Assembly (NCBI GenBank): GCA_964639725.1
Contig: CAZXFB010000007.1
Coordinates: 58,177-122,176, forward strand
Length of the DNA: 64,000 nucleotides
DNA from: an uncultured Rikenellaceae bacterium
Lineage (GTDB): Bacteria; Bacteroidota; Bacteroidia; Bacteroidales; VadinHA17
Direction of reading: 5' to 3'
The notes beneath the pieces were generated by a model. The model did no database searches. It saw only the letters and a program-made list of their open reading frames with translations, and was not told where the DNA came from. Shown piece by piece: positions 44,268-52,877 of the stretch; within the stretch, counting starts at the first letter, position 1; each line of letters opens with the position of its first letter. The position numbers and the translations under genes were made by a program.

Positions 44268-45356
44268 TTATTTATATATCCAGTCTATGCTTATTTTTTT
44301 TACGGTAACTCCTGTTGCTGTCCAGTCGAAATAGCCTAAAAGGAGATCATTACCGGTAAAATGAATTGCGCTGTAGCAATATGACCCTTGGGGATCATTT
44401 TCAAGAATCTTATTATTAATCCAGGTTTTTCCATCATCTTTAGAAATCGCCAGATTAAGAGGAGTTCTGTTCTGATCCACACCATTATCATTCCAAACAA
44501 CAAGAATATCTCCAGTTGACGGAATTCTTGCCATTGATGCAGGAGAGCAGGGTGATTTAAGTGAACTGGGTTCAACCTGGCTCCATGTTTCTCCTTTATC
44601 TTTTGAATATGAGAAATACTGAACCCCTGCAGTAGTCCGGAGAAACATCAGGATATCACCATTTTTTAATTCAATTAAGCCAGGTTCCTGAGTGATAATC
44701 TGGCCTGGATTTGGGACTTCAGAACTAGACTTCCATGTCCTTCCATTATCATCTGAATAATAATTCCAGATCCGGCCTATTCTATAAAAGGTTTTATCAC
44801 CGGGGATTCCATGCATTGCAACAGCAAGCATAAGTCTGCCGTTCTTTAATTGGATCACCCTGTTATTATTAAGTACAAAATAACCCTCTTTATCAGTTAT
44901 ACATCTTGAAGGTTCACTCCAGGTTTTTGCTTCATCGGTTGAAATCCTTATCATCGGGATACAATCAGTAGTAGAATTCTTCTTCAGGTAGAAGAATGCT
45001 ATCTCACCATTTTGTAACCTGAGGAGAGAGACTGACATAACATTCATTGTTCCTTCCTTGTCAAGAATTTTCGTATCAGCCGTTGTCCAGGTCTTTCCAT
45101 TATCGGATGAATATCTTCCTGCAAGAAAGGCACTGGCATGATCATCATTTGAAGTTCCTGTGTAATGGGAGTATACATATAGAATTCTACCATCCTTCAG
45201 GGTAATAAAGTCACCCTCGCTATTACGGGGATTGTCAGGGCCTGTTGTGAGTTTAAGCACATCCTCAACTCCAGAGCTCTCGCTTTTGATTCCGGCAGGT
45301 TTATTACGGCAACTTCCGCTGATTACAATAAGGAAACAGAGTGCCAATATTTTCAT
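44268..45356 (-). CDS. Sialidase-like glycosidase, family A (lipoprotein), tandem copy 2
   Basis: DNPRNSEGDFITLKDGRILYVYSHYTG, SSDNGKTW, GTMNVMSVSLLRLQNGEIAFFYL, CITDK, ARIPSTGDI, SKDDGKTW and YCYSAIHF. I chose Met at 45356 (MKILALCFLIVISGSC). The longest ORF reaches 45446. Confidence 0.8.
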   Translation of the reverse strand: MKILALCFLIVISGSCRNKPAGIKSESSGVEDVLKLTTGPDNPRNSEGDFITLKDGRILYVYSHYTGTSNDDHASAFLAGRYSSDNGKTWTTADTKILDKEGTMNVMSVSLLRLQNGEIAFFYLKKNSTTDCIPMIRISTDEAKTWSEPSRCITDKEGYFVLNNNRVIQLKNGRLMLAVAMHGIPGDKTFYRIGRIWNYYSDDNGRTWKSSSEVPNPGQIITQEPGLIELKNGDILMFLRTTAGVQYFSYSKDKGETWSQVEPSSLKSPCSPASMARIPSTGDILVVWNDNGVDQNRTPLNLAISKDDGKTWINNKILENDPQGSYCYSAIHFTGNDLLLGYFDWTATGVTVKKISIDWIYK

Positions 45357-45525
45357 AAAAACAGATGGATGAATAAGAGTGGCAATCTTGAACATGTTAT
45401 TAAGGTTTTTTAAATTCATTTTATTCGATTTAAAGTTAATAATCAAAGAATCCTAGTTCGTACCCGGAATATTGCTTAATGACAGTAAGTGATTACCCTG
45501 CTCACTGCTCCCAACTTACTATTCA

Positions 45526-46683
45526 CTATTTATAAATCCAATCCAAACTTAGTTTTGTTATCTGGGTAACCTGCAGACCGGTACGCTTAGGGCGGTTCCC
45601 CGCACAATGTCCTAACAAAACATCTTTCTCTGTAAAATGTATGGCAATATAACAATACCATCCATCGGGGTCAGTTTCGATGTTTTTGATCTTTTCCCAG
45701 GTTGTGCCTTCGTCCTTAGATATTGCCACTGTGAGTGGTGTACGTTTGCCTTTAATTGCCGGATCATCTCCTCCATTATTGTTCCAAACCAGCAAAAGAT
45801 CGCCTGTAGAAGGGATTCTTTCTATTGATGCCGGAGATACCGGGGATTTAATATTGCTTCGTTCAACAGGGCTCCAGGTCTCCCCCTTATCTTTTGAATA
45901 TGACTTACACTGTACTCCTGCATCTGATCTTATTAGCATCAATATATCTCCGTTCTTTAGTTCAACCAGACCTGGTTCCTGAGTCAGTACTTTTTCAGGA
46001 TTTGAGACTTCAATCCCGGATTTCCAGCTGCGCCCATTATCATCTGAATAATAGCTCCATAAACTTCCCTTATTTAATTGTGATCCTTCCTGAGTATTAT
46101 AAAGATTTACTGCCATCAGAATACGTCCATTCTGTAACTGGATTACACGATTGTTATTAAGTACAAAATAACCTGCTTTATCTGTTATACATGGTATAGG
46201 ATCGCTCCAGGATTTCGCATCATCATTTGAAAACCGAACCATCGGTATACAATCTGAATCTGAGTTTTTCTTCAAATAGAACAAAGCTATCTCATCATTT
46301 TGCATTCTTAAAAGTGATACTGACATAACATTCATTGTACCTTCCCTTTCAACAATTTTCACATCTTCGTTGGTCCATGTTTTTCCACCATCAGATGAAA
46401 ATCTTCCGGCAAGAAATGCGGGATCATTATCTCCACCGGAAGCACCAGTATAGTGGGTATAAATGAAGAGAATACGATTATCCTTTAAAGCTATAAAGTC
46501 TCCTTCACTGTTACGTGGATTATCAAGACCTGGCTCAAGCCTAAGAGCAATCTCCCTGCCCTTATCCGGACTACCACATCCTGTATTCACCAGGATCAAC
46601 AAAACAGCTACTAATAAGATTATTAAAGGTATTGAAAGAGAGTTGCCGGAATCTGAATCGTGAAGTTTTATTTTTTTGTCCAT
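45526..46683 (-). CDS. Sialidase-like glycosidase, family A (lipoprotein), tandem copy 1
   Basis: DNPRNSEGDFIALKDNRILFIYTHYTG, SSDGGKTW, GTMNVMSVSLLRMQNDEIALFYL, CITDK, ERIPSTGDL, GKRTPL, SKDEGTTW and YCYIAIHF. Lipobox LVNTGC. Confidence 0.8.
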   Translation of the reverse strand: MDKKIKLHDSDSGNSLSIPLIILLVAVLLILVNTGCGSPDKGREIALRLEPGLDNPRNSEGDFIALKDNRILFIYTHYTGASGGDNDPAFLAGRFSSDGGKTWTNEDVKIVEREGTMNVMSVSLLRMQNDEIALFYLKKNSDSDCIPMVRFSNDDAKSWSDPIPCITDKAGYFVLNNNRVIQLQNGRILMAVNLYNTQEGSQLNKGSLWSYYSDDNGRSWKSGIEVSNPEKVLTQEPGLVELKNGDILMLIRSDAGVQCKSYSKDKGETWSPVERSNIKSPVSPASIERIPSTGDLLLVWNNNGGDDPAIKGKRTPLTVAISKDEGTTWEKIKNIETDPDGWYCYIAIHFTEKDVLLGHCAGNRPKRTGLQVTQITKLSLDWIYK

Positions 46684-46720
46684 ATTAAATTAAATTTAAT
46701 TGTTTTTAACTATTAATCAA

Positions 46721-46790
46721 CTGAAACTCCTCACTGCAATTCACCGCCTAAGCTTTAAAGTGTCAGCGGGAAGCGGTGAGGAGTTTTCAG
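46721..46790 (-). promoter_or_regulatory. Long imperfect hairpin between SusD and the first family A gene
   Basis: CTGAAACTCCTCACTGC (46721-46737) pairs with GCGGTGAGGAGTTTTCAG (46773-46790). The enclosed roughly 35-nt segment contains sub-pairings (TTCACCGC/GCGGGAA and the palindrome CTTTAAAG). No clear U-tract follows on the minus strand. Confidence 0.35.
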
Positions 46791-46881
46791 ATAATTTAAT
46801 TTCCTGAATTTTTTATCTTCCTTAGGTTAATGCGAAAATCAATTACCCATCAACATTTAGAAGATCATAACTTATAATATA

Positions 46882-48360
46882 TCAGTATCCGGGATTTTGT
46901 ATCACTTTTGGTTCAATAGCCAGTGTTGAGAGCGCTATTGGAAATAGCTCCAGGTAAGTTTTCCCTACTTTGGTTGTAAGTGATGGCACCAATTCGAAAG
47001 CTTTTCCAAATCTAAGCAGATCCCACCAGTATTTTCCTTCAAAAGCTGTTTCAAAAAGCCTTTCCTTCAGGATAGCAGCATCGTTTGCTGCCTGTGTACC
47101 ATTAACAAAAACGTGACTTGAATAACTTGTACCATAAGCACGTTTACGTATTAATTCCATTTCGGCTGAAGGGTCCTGTCCAAGGGCATTTTTAGCTTCA
47201 GCGATCATTAATAAGATATCACCATACCTGTAAATTACCCTGTCATCATACCAGTATCTTAAGCCTCCTATTAATGTACCATGATATTTGTAAACAATGG
47301 AAGAGTAGTAAGTTTTAACACCGCCCGGGTACGCATATATTACTCTGTAAGAAGCATCCCTGCGCTGATCATCAGCAGTAAATTGTGCCTGTATATGAGG
47401 TTCCACTTCAAGTACGGAATATCCGTTTGCTCCTTTGAGTATCTCTTTGGTAGCATCATCAATAGTAGCAGGAATATATGCAGGGTAGAGCCACATATGG
47501 TTATAAGGCTGTATATCACCAGTCTCAAGATCAGCATGTTTTACTGCAAAAATAACCTCTTTGTTGCCTTTATTTCCATAATCAAATATGCTGGCATAAT
47601 TAGCCAGAAGCGTGACATCTGTTGTTTTTATATCATTGAGAGCAGTAAGTGCAGCATTAAAGTCAGCTGCTCCTCCACTCTCTCTTTTCCCGGTCCAGAG
47701 ATATACTTCTGCTTTGAGAGCGTTAGCTGCAGGTTTTGAAAAGATATTCCTTCCGTCGGGGTATGTGTTATTTGGATAAAGTGCAAGGGCGTCATCAATA
47801 TCCTTTTTGATGAATTTGAATATATCAGCTTTAGGGCTTCTCTCCCTTTGAACTTTAATGGGATCAAATCCAAGAGTAGGTTCATCAACAAGAACAAGGT
47901 CGCCCCATGTTTTTGTCATAACAAAATAACAAAATGCCCTCATTGTATGAGCCTGTGCAAGAATATTGTTTTTGTTATCTTCCGAAAGAAATTTAATACC
48001 CGGCACAAATTTCAAGAGTAAATTTGCGTCATGAATTACAGTGTACATACCCTGCCATGTTGAGAGCGCAGAACTTGATGTTAATGTATTATAGAACATT
48101 TCAAGTTCATTCTGATTGTTACCTGCAACTCCATTTCCGAGTGTCTGACTTCTCATTTCACCCCAGTAATAGAGATCCTGTCCCAGATTGCGGAACCTTC
48201 CATACATTCCATAAAGAGCACCTTTAGCATCATTCTCTGTCTGCCAGAAAGAGGAATTGGATATCTGGCTTATTGGTGCCAGATCCAGATCTTTCGTGCA
48301 GGAGACTATCATAAAGACAGCTATTGAAAAGCTTGTCAATATTTTATTTATTCTTTTCAT
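46882..48360 (-). CDS. susD: SusD/RagB-family outer-membrane glycan-binding lipoprotein
   Basis: Lipobox MIVSCTKD and N-terminal SFWQTENDAKGALYGMY. C-terminal blocks LKERLFETAFEGKYWWDLLRFGKA and FPIALSTL are present. It lies immediately downstream of SusC. Confidence 0.9.
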   Translation of the reverse strand: MKRINKILTSFSIAVFMIVSCTKDLDLAPISQISNSSFWQTENDAKGALYGMYGRFRNLGQDLYYWGEMRSQTLGNGVAGNNQNELEMFYNTLTSSSALSTWQGMYTVIHDANLLLKFVPGIKFLSEDNKNNILAQAHTMRAFCYFVMTKTWGDLVLVDEPTLGFDPIKVQRERSPKADIFKFIKKDIDDALALYPNNTYPDGRNIFSKPAANALKAEVYLWTGKRESGGAADFNAALTALNDIKTTDVTLLANYASIFDYGNKGNKEVIFAVKHADLETGDIQPYNHMWLYPAYIPATIDDATKEILKGANGYSVLEVEPHIQAQFTADDQRRDASYRVIYAYPGGVKTYYSSIVYKYHGTLIGGLRYWYDDRVIYRYGDILLMIAEAKNALGQDPSAEMELIRKRAYGTSYSSHVFVNGTQAANDAAILKERLFETAFEGKYWWDLLRFGKAFELVPSLTTKVGKTYLELFPIALSTLAIEPKVIQNPGY

Positions 48361-48413
48361 AATTTTTATATTAATGATTTATTTATTGCGATATATCAGT
48401 GTGTTTCCAACAA

Positions 48414-51400
48414 TTATAGGGTCACATTAACACCAAAAATAATGTTCCTGGGAATAGGAAATCTGCCATATGTCCGGCCACCTTCTTCAGGGTTAACTCC
48501 CCTGTATTTAGTGAAATAGTGCAGGTTGTTGCCGGTCACATTTACTCTAAGGGCCGATATTTTAGCCTTCTGCAGAAGATTCTTTGGAAGATCGTATGAA
48601 AGTGTTAACTCCCTTAAAGAGAGAAAATCACCTTTTTCATACAGGAAAGATGTATAATTTCCGCCCCTGTAAAGGTTATTACTTGCCTGCTGATCGGCCC
48701 AGTAATACCTTGGAATATCAGTTACATCTCCTTGTTTCTGCCATGATCTCAGGAGGTCCTTTGACAATCCGTTATCGCCCTGGAACTGGCCAATAAGTGT
48801 ACCATAGGTGTAATTATAGATTGTCTGCCCAAGGGTATAGTCCATACGAACATTAAGTGATAAGTTTTTATAAGAGAATATGCTACCAAAACCACCAGTA
48901 GCTGTTGGATACTGATTACCCACATAAACCATGTCTTTGGAATCAATAGTATTATTGCCATCGGCATCAAGGAAGTCAACATCACCCCCACGTTTCTTTT
49001 GAAAATCACCAGTTTGCGGTACCTGGGTATCCAGAGGAGCATTAGCTGCTTCAGCATCTGTTGCAAAAACTTTAAGGTGTTTGTAAGCATAATAATCTCC
49101 CATTGTGCCTCCTTCCTGCAAACCACCTTTCCATGCGTAGTCACCTATTGAAGCATCCCATACGTAGAATCCTCCAACCCTGTTCTTCTCAACCCCATTA
49201 TTGGGGAGTTTAAGAATTTTATTCTTGACTGTTGATGCGTTAAAGGATATATCCCACTGAAATTCAGATGTTCTGGGCAAAATACTAGCTCTCAATTCAA
49301 CTTCCACACCTTTGTTTTCAAGGCTGCCTGAGTTAGTAAGTATACTGCCAAATCCAGTAGATTGAGGTAGTGCAAGACTTGCCAGGAGGTTATCAGTGAC
49401 ACGACGGTAGATATCAAAAAGAATCGAAATTCTTTCATCCAATACGCCGAGATCTATACCAAAATCGAGAGTTTTTGATTGTTCCCATTGTAGCTCGGAG
49501 TTTGCAAGGGAAGTGTTCTGAACCATTGCTATACCATTGTACTTTGATCCGACACTATAACTTCCCTGAGCTGTATAGTATCCCAATCCACTTATATTAC
49601 CATTTACACCATAACTGGCTCTTAACTTTAACCTCAGTAATTTTTCAGGAAGCATTTTCCAGAACTCTTCATTATAGACATTCCAACCAGCTGAAATACC
49701 CGGGAAAAATCCCCATTTATTTCCGGAACCCAGATTAGATGCTCCATCATATCTTGCATTAAGGCTTAAAAGATATTTTTCATTAAAATCGTAGTTGATC
49801 CTTCCAAAATAACCATAAATTAACTGTTCTGCTTCAGTTCCGCCAACACTAACCGGAGTAGCAGATGCATTAAGGGTTGAAATAAGATCAGTAGCAGCCC
49901 CTTTTCCTGCAGCACTTAAGCTGGAATTCATTGTGCCAAAATATGAGAAACCAGCTTTGGCATCAACATGATGTACATTAATATCTTTTGTATAAGAGAA
50001 AATAGCATCAGCTTGTTTCTGAAGAACTTTTGAAAAAGAACCATTGGCATTACGATCAGTATTATATGCTTTAGGACCGTTAAAATATGCTCTTTCAAAG
50101 TATCTTGACGAATACATTGTCTGATACAATGAAACAAGTGGATCAAAGGATAAACCAGGAAGAATCTCCCAATGCGATCCAAGTGATACAGATAATTTAT
50201 CGGAACTGTTTTTTGTATCAACATAACCTACAACGTATTCGGGATTACCCAGAGAGGTATTTACACCTGAGGCGAGTGTCCCGTCCTCATATGTATATTT
50301 AGCTGTTGGAGGGATCCCCTGGGTTCTTCCGAATAAGTTAGTACCTGTGGGAGGTTCATTGTTGGATGAATTTGTATAGATAATTCGTCCCGATACTCTT
50401 AATTTGTCCCTAACCTTCAGATCGCCATTTAAATGGGCACTAAGCCTTTTATACTTTGAAGTGATTACAATTCCATCCTGGTCAAGGTATCCTATCCCGG
50501 CACTAAATGTTGCAGCATCTGTTCCTCCTGATGCAGACAATGAGTGGTTATGTGCAATACCAGTCTGGAATAGTTTAGACTGGAAATCGGTATCAGAGAA
50601 GATAATGGTTTTATTTGGGTCAGCAGGATCAGCCATACTTTGCCACCCTTCATTTAATTTATATTTATTCAGATCAGTCAGGTACTGAGTAGAAAATGCT
50701 GTAAGATTTGTGAGGTCATTCCCGGTACCTGCTGAGTTGGCCTGTGCAAGCATTGAAAGCTGTGCCGGTTTTCGTTCAGCAGATGCCATAATTCCCATTC
50801 TCTGAAAATAGATATAATCTCTGGCATTGAGAAGGTTCAGGTCATCAACATTCTGTGAAGTGGTCAGATCATATTTATAGTTAATCTGAGTTTTTCCAGA
50901 CTTACCAGACTTTGTAACGATAATAACAACGCCATTAGAACCACGCGCACCGTAAATTGATGTAGCAGCGGCATCCTTCAACACCTGTAAAGATTCTATA
51001 TCTGACTGATCCAGGTCATTCATATTTTCCCTGATAACACCATCAACTATGTATAAAGGTGAAGCGCCATTAGGATTATTAATCGAAGTTCCTCCTCTTA
51101 TTATTATACGAGGTGAGGCACCAGGCATACCAGTTGTGGTCTGAACCTGCAAACCAGCAATGGCACCCTGCAATGATGAAGCAACGTTTGAATATGAAAC
51201 GTTGGCAAGTACTTTTGTATCGAGTTTGGAAATTGATGTTGTAAGTCGTGAACGAGTCTGCTGTCCGTAACCAACAACCACAACTTCATTCAATCCTACT
51301 AGGCTTTCAGTAAGTGTGACATCATAGACATTTCCGGAACCCAAAGCTATCTCTTTTGATTCCATACCAACAAATGTAAAAACAAGGGTCTTCGAATCAG

Positions 51401-51641
51401 GTGTAACTGATAGTGAAAATTTACCATCAATACCGGTGATTGTACCTACAGTGGTGCCTTTCACAACAATAGAAACTCCTGGTAGCGGATTATTATCAGA
51501 TCCGGTTACAGTACCTGTAATTGTTTTTTGTGCAAAAACCATAGAGGTACTTAGCATGAAAAACATCAGAGCCAGAAGAATCTTTCCTGCGTCTGATGTA
51601 GCCGACAAAAAATGGCATTTGAACGTTTGTAGTTTTTTCAT
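48414..51641 (-). CDS. susC: SusC-family TonB-dependent outer-membrane transporter
   Basis: The carboxypeptidase-regulatory-like N-domain reads ITGTVTGSDNNPLPGVSIVVKGTTVGTITGIDGKFSL. The plug region has VVVGYGQQ, IESLQVLKDAAATSIYGARGSNGVVIIVTK. It is a 1075-aa barrel with a typical C-terminal ...IFGVNVTL. Confidence 0.95.
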   Translation of the reverse strand: MKKLQTFKCHFLSATSDAGKILLALMFFMLSTSMVFAQKTITGTVTGSDNNPLPGVSIVVKGTTVGTITGIDGKFSLSVTPDSKTLVFTFVGMESKEIALGSGNVYDVTLTESLVGLNEVVVVGYGQQTRSRLTTSISKLDTKVLANVSYSNVASSLQGAIAGLQVQTTTGMPGASPRIIIRGGTSINNPNGASPLYIVDGVIRENMNDLDQSDIESLQVLKDAAATSIYGARGSNGVVIIVTKSGKSGKTQINYKYDLTTSQNVDDLNLLNARDYIYFQRMGIMASAERKPAQLSMLAQANSAGTGNDLTNLTAFSTQYLTDLNKYKLNEGWQSMADPADPNKTIIFSDTDFQSKLFQTGIAHNHSLSASGGTDAATFSAGIGYLDQDGIVITSKYKRLSAHLNGDLKVRDKLRVSGRIIYTNSSNNEPPTGTNLFGRTQGIPPTAKYTYEDGTLASGVNTSLGNPEYVVGYVDTKNSSDKLSVSLGSHWEILPGLSFDPLVSLYQTMYSSRYFERAYFNGPKAYNTDRNANGSFSKVLQKQADAIFSYTKDINVHHVDAKAGFSYFGTMNSSLSAAGKGAATDLISTLNASATPVSVGGTEAEQLIYGYFGRINYDFNEKYLLSLNARYDGASNLGSGNKWGFFPGISAGWNVYNEEFWKMLPEKLLRLKLRASYGVNGNISGLGYYTAQGSYSVGSKYNGIAMVQNTSLANSELQWEQSKTLDFGIDLGVLDERISILFDIYRRVTDNLLASLALPQSTGFGSILTNSGSLENKGVEVELRASILPRTSEFQWDISFNASTVKNKILKLPNNGVEKNRVGGFYVWDASIGDYAWKGGLQEGGTMGDYYAYKHLKVFATDAEAANAPLDTQVPQTGDFQKKRGGDVDFLDADGNNTIDSKDMVYVGNQYPTATGGFGSIFSYKNLSLNVRMDYTLGQTIYNYTYGTLIGQFQGDNGLSKDLLRSWQKQGDVTDIPRYYWADQQASNNLYRGGNYTSFLYEKGDFLSLRELTLSYDLPKNLLQKAKISALRVNVTGNNLHYFTKYRGVNPEEGGRTYGRFPIPRNIIFGVNVTL

Positions 51642-51908
51642 AGATTAAATAATTAGGGTTATTCCTGCTTAATTTGACTAAGCTGGCATTTTCGGAAATG
51701 AGTACTTAAAATTTAGAAGAGTTATATAGAAGAAAAAAGAATTCATCATAAAAAAATAAATTCCTGAATATTCCATTAAAAATAAAGGAATTCAGCACTC
51801 TTAAATGATACTTTCCACTTAATAAATGGTATTTTCATACAATTTTTTGGAGATTATTTAAATCATATTTAATATTTTTGAATGTAAATACCATATAATT
51901 GCAATAAC

Positions 51909-52778
51909 ATGAAAATAGCAAATATCAGGCTTCTCCAGGAACCAAATAAATCTTTTATAGTATATAAGGAGAACCACCCTTTTTCTCAATGGCATCATCA
52001 TCCTGAGTATGAACTTGTTTTAATTACCCGTGGAAGAGGAAAAAGAATGGTTGGGGATCAAATCAGCCGGTTTGAAGATAATGACCTGGTCTTTGTAGGC
52101 TCATATACACCCCATGAATGGCTATGTGATAGTGAATATTTCGAAGGTAAGGACGGATTTCTGGGTGAAGGGATTGTTATTCAGTTCCTTTATGACTTTC
52201 TTGGTGAAAAGTTTTTTGAAATACCGGAAAACGTATTATTGAAGAAATTCCTGTTGGAATCATCAAGAGGTTATGAGTTTTCCGGAGAGACCAAGAAAAA
52301 AATCGTAACCTTAATGCTGAGCATAGTTGACATGAATGATTTTGACAAACTCCTGGCACTCTTTTCAATTTTTAAAGTATTTACCCAAACAAAGGAACTC
52401 AATATCCTTTCAAGTCCGATCTTCACAGAAGCTTTCTACCTGAATGAGCATGAACCGATGCAGAAAGCCCTGAAATTTATTCTGCAGAACTTTCATAAAC
52501 CGATACTCATCAAAGATCTTCTTGAAGTGACAAATATGTCAAATTCTTCATTTTGCACTGCTTTTAAGAATGCTTACAGAATGACGTTTAAAGATTACCT
52601 CCTGAATGTACGGGTAGGTTATGCGTGTAAACTGCTCACCGATTCGACACAGAATATTTCAAGAGTGGCGTATAATTCAGGATTTGAGAATTTATCAAAT
52701 TTCAATCGTCAGTTTAAAAAAATCAAAGGTATCACTCCTTCCCAGTTTCTAAGAGAAGTGGATATTATACAGAATTAA
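51909..52778 (+). CDS. AraC-family transcriptional regulator (cupin sensor plus HTH)
   Basis: Cupin-like N-terminus HHHPEYELVLITRGRGKRMVGD. The C-terminal AraC HTH reads ISRVAYNSGFENLSNFNRQFKKIKGITPSQF. It is divergent from SusC across a 267-nt AT-rich region. Confidence 0.9.
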   Translation: MKIANIRLLQEPNKSFIVYKENHPFSQWHHHPEYELVLITRGRGKRMVGDQISRFEDNDLVFVGSYTPHEWLCDSEYFEGKDGFLGEGIVIQFLYDFLGEKFFEIPENVLLKKFLLESSRGYEFSGETKKKIVTLMLSIVDMNDFDKLLALFSIFKVFTQTKELNILSSPIFTEAFYLNEHEPMQKALKFILQNFHKPILIKDLLEVTNMSNSSFCTAFKNAYRMTFKDYLLNVRVGYACKLLTDSTQNISRVAYNSGFENLSNFNRQFKKIKGITPSQFLREVDIIQN

Positions 52779-52791
52779 AAAAATGCAAATT

Positions 52792-52845
52792 CCGGGAACT
52801 GGTCACTTGACACAGTTTTAAATAACTGTCGCTACCAGAACCCGG
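52792..52845. terminator. Possible bidirectional terminator structure between convergent genes
   Basis: CCGGGAACTGGT ... ACCAGAACCCGG forms outer pairing with two central mismatches. It encloses ACAGTT-ttaaat-AACTGT. The structure lies between the AraC stop (52778) and the DUF1080 stop (52878). Confidence 0.3.
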
Positions 52846-52877
52846 CTGTTGACTACAATTTATTTAAAATCCAGGTT

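Noticed and set aside
51642-51908. Short palindromes and repeats in the SusC/AraC divergent region (GAATATTC, GAATTC, ATGGTATTT ... AAATACCAT) as AraC operators.
   Set aside because: They are short, AT-rich and irregularly spaced, so I cannot distinguish them from chance without comparative data.
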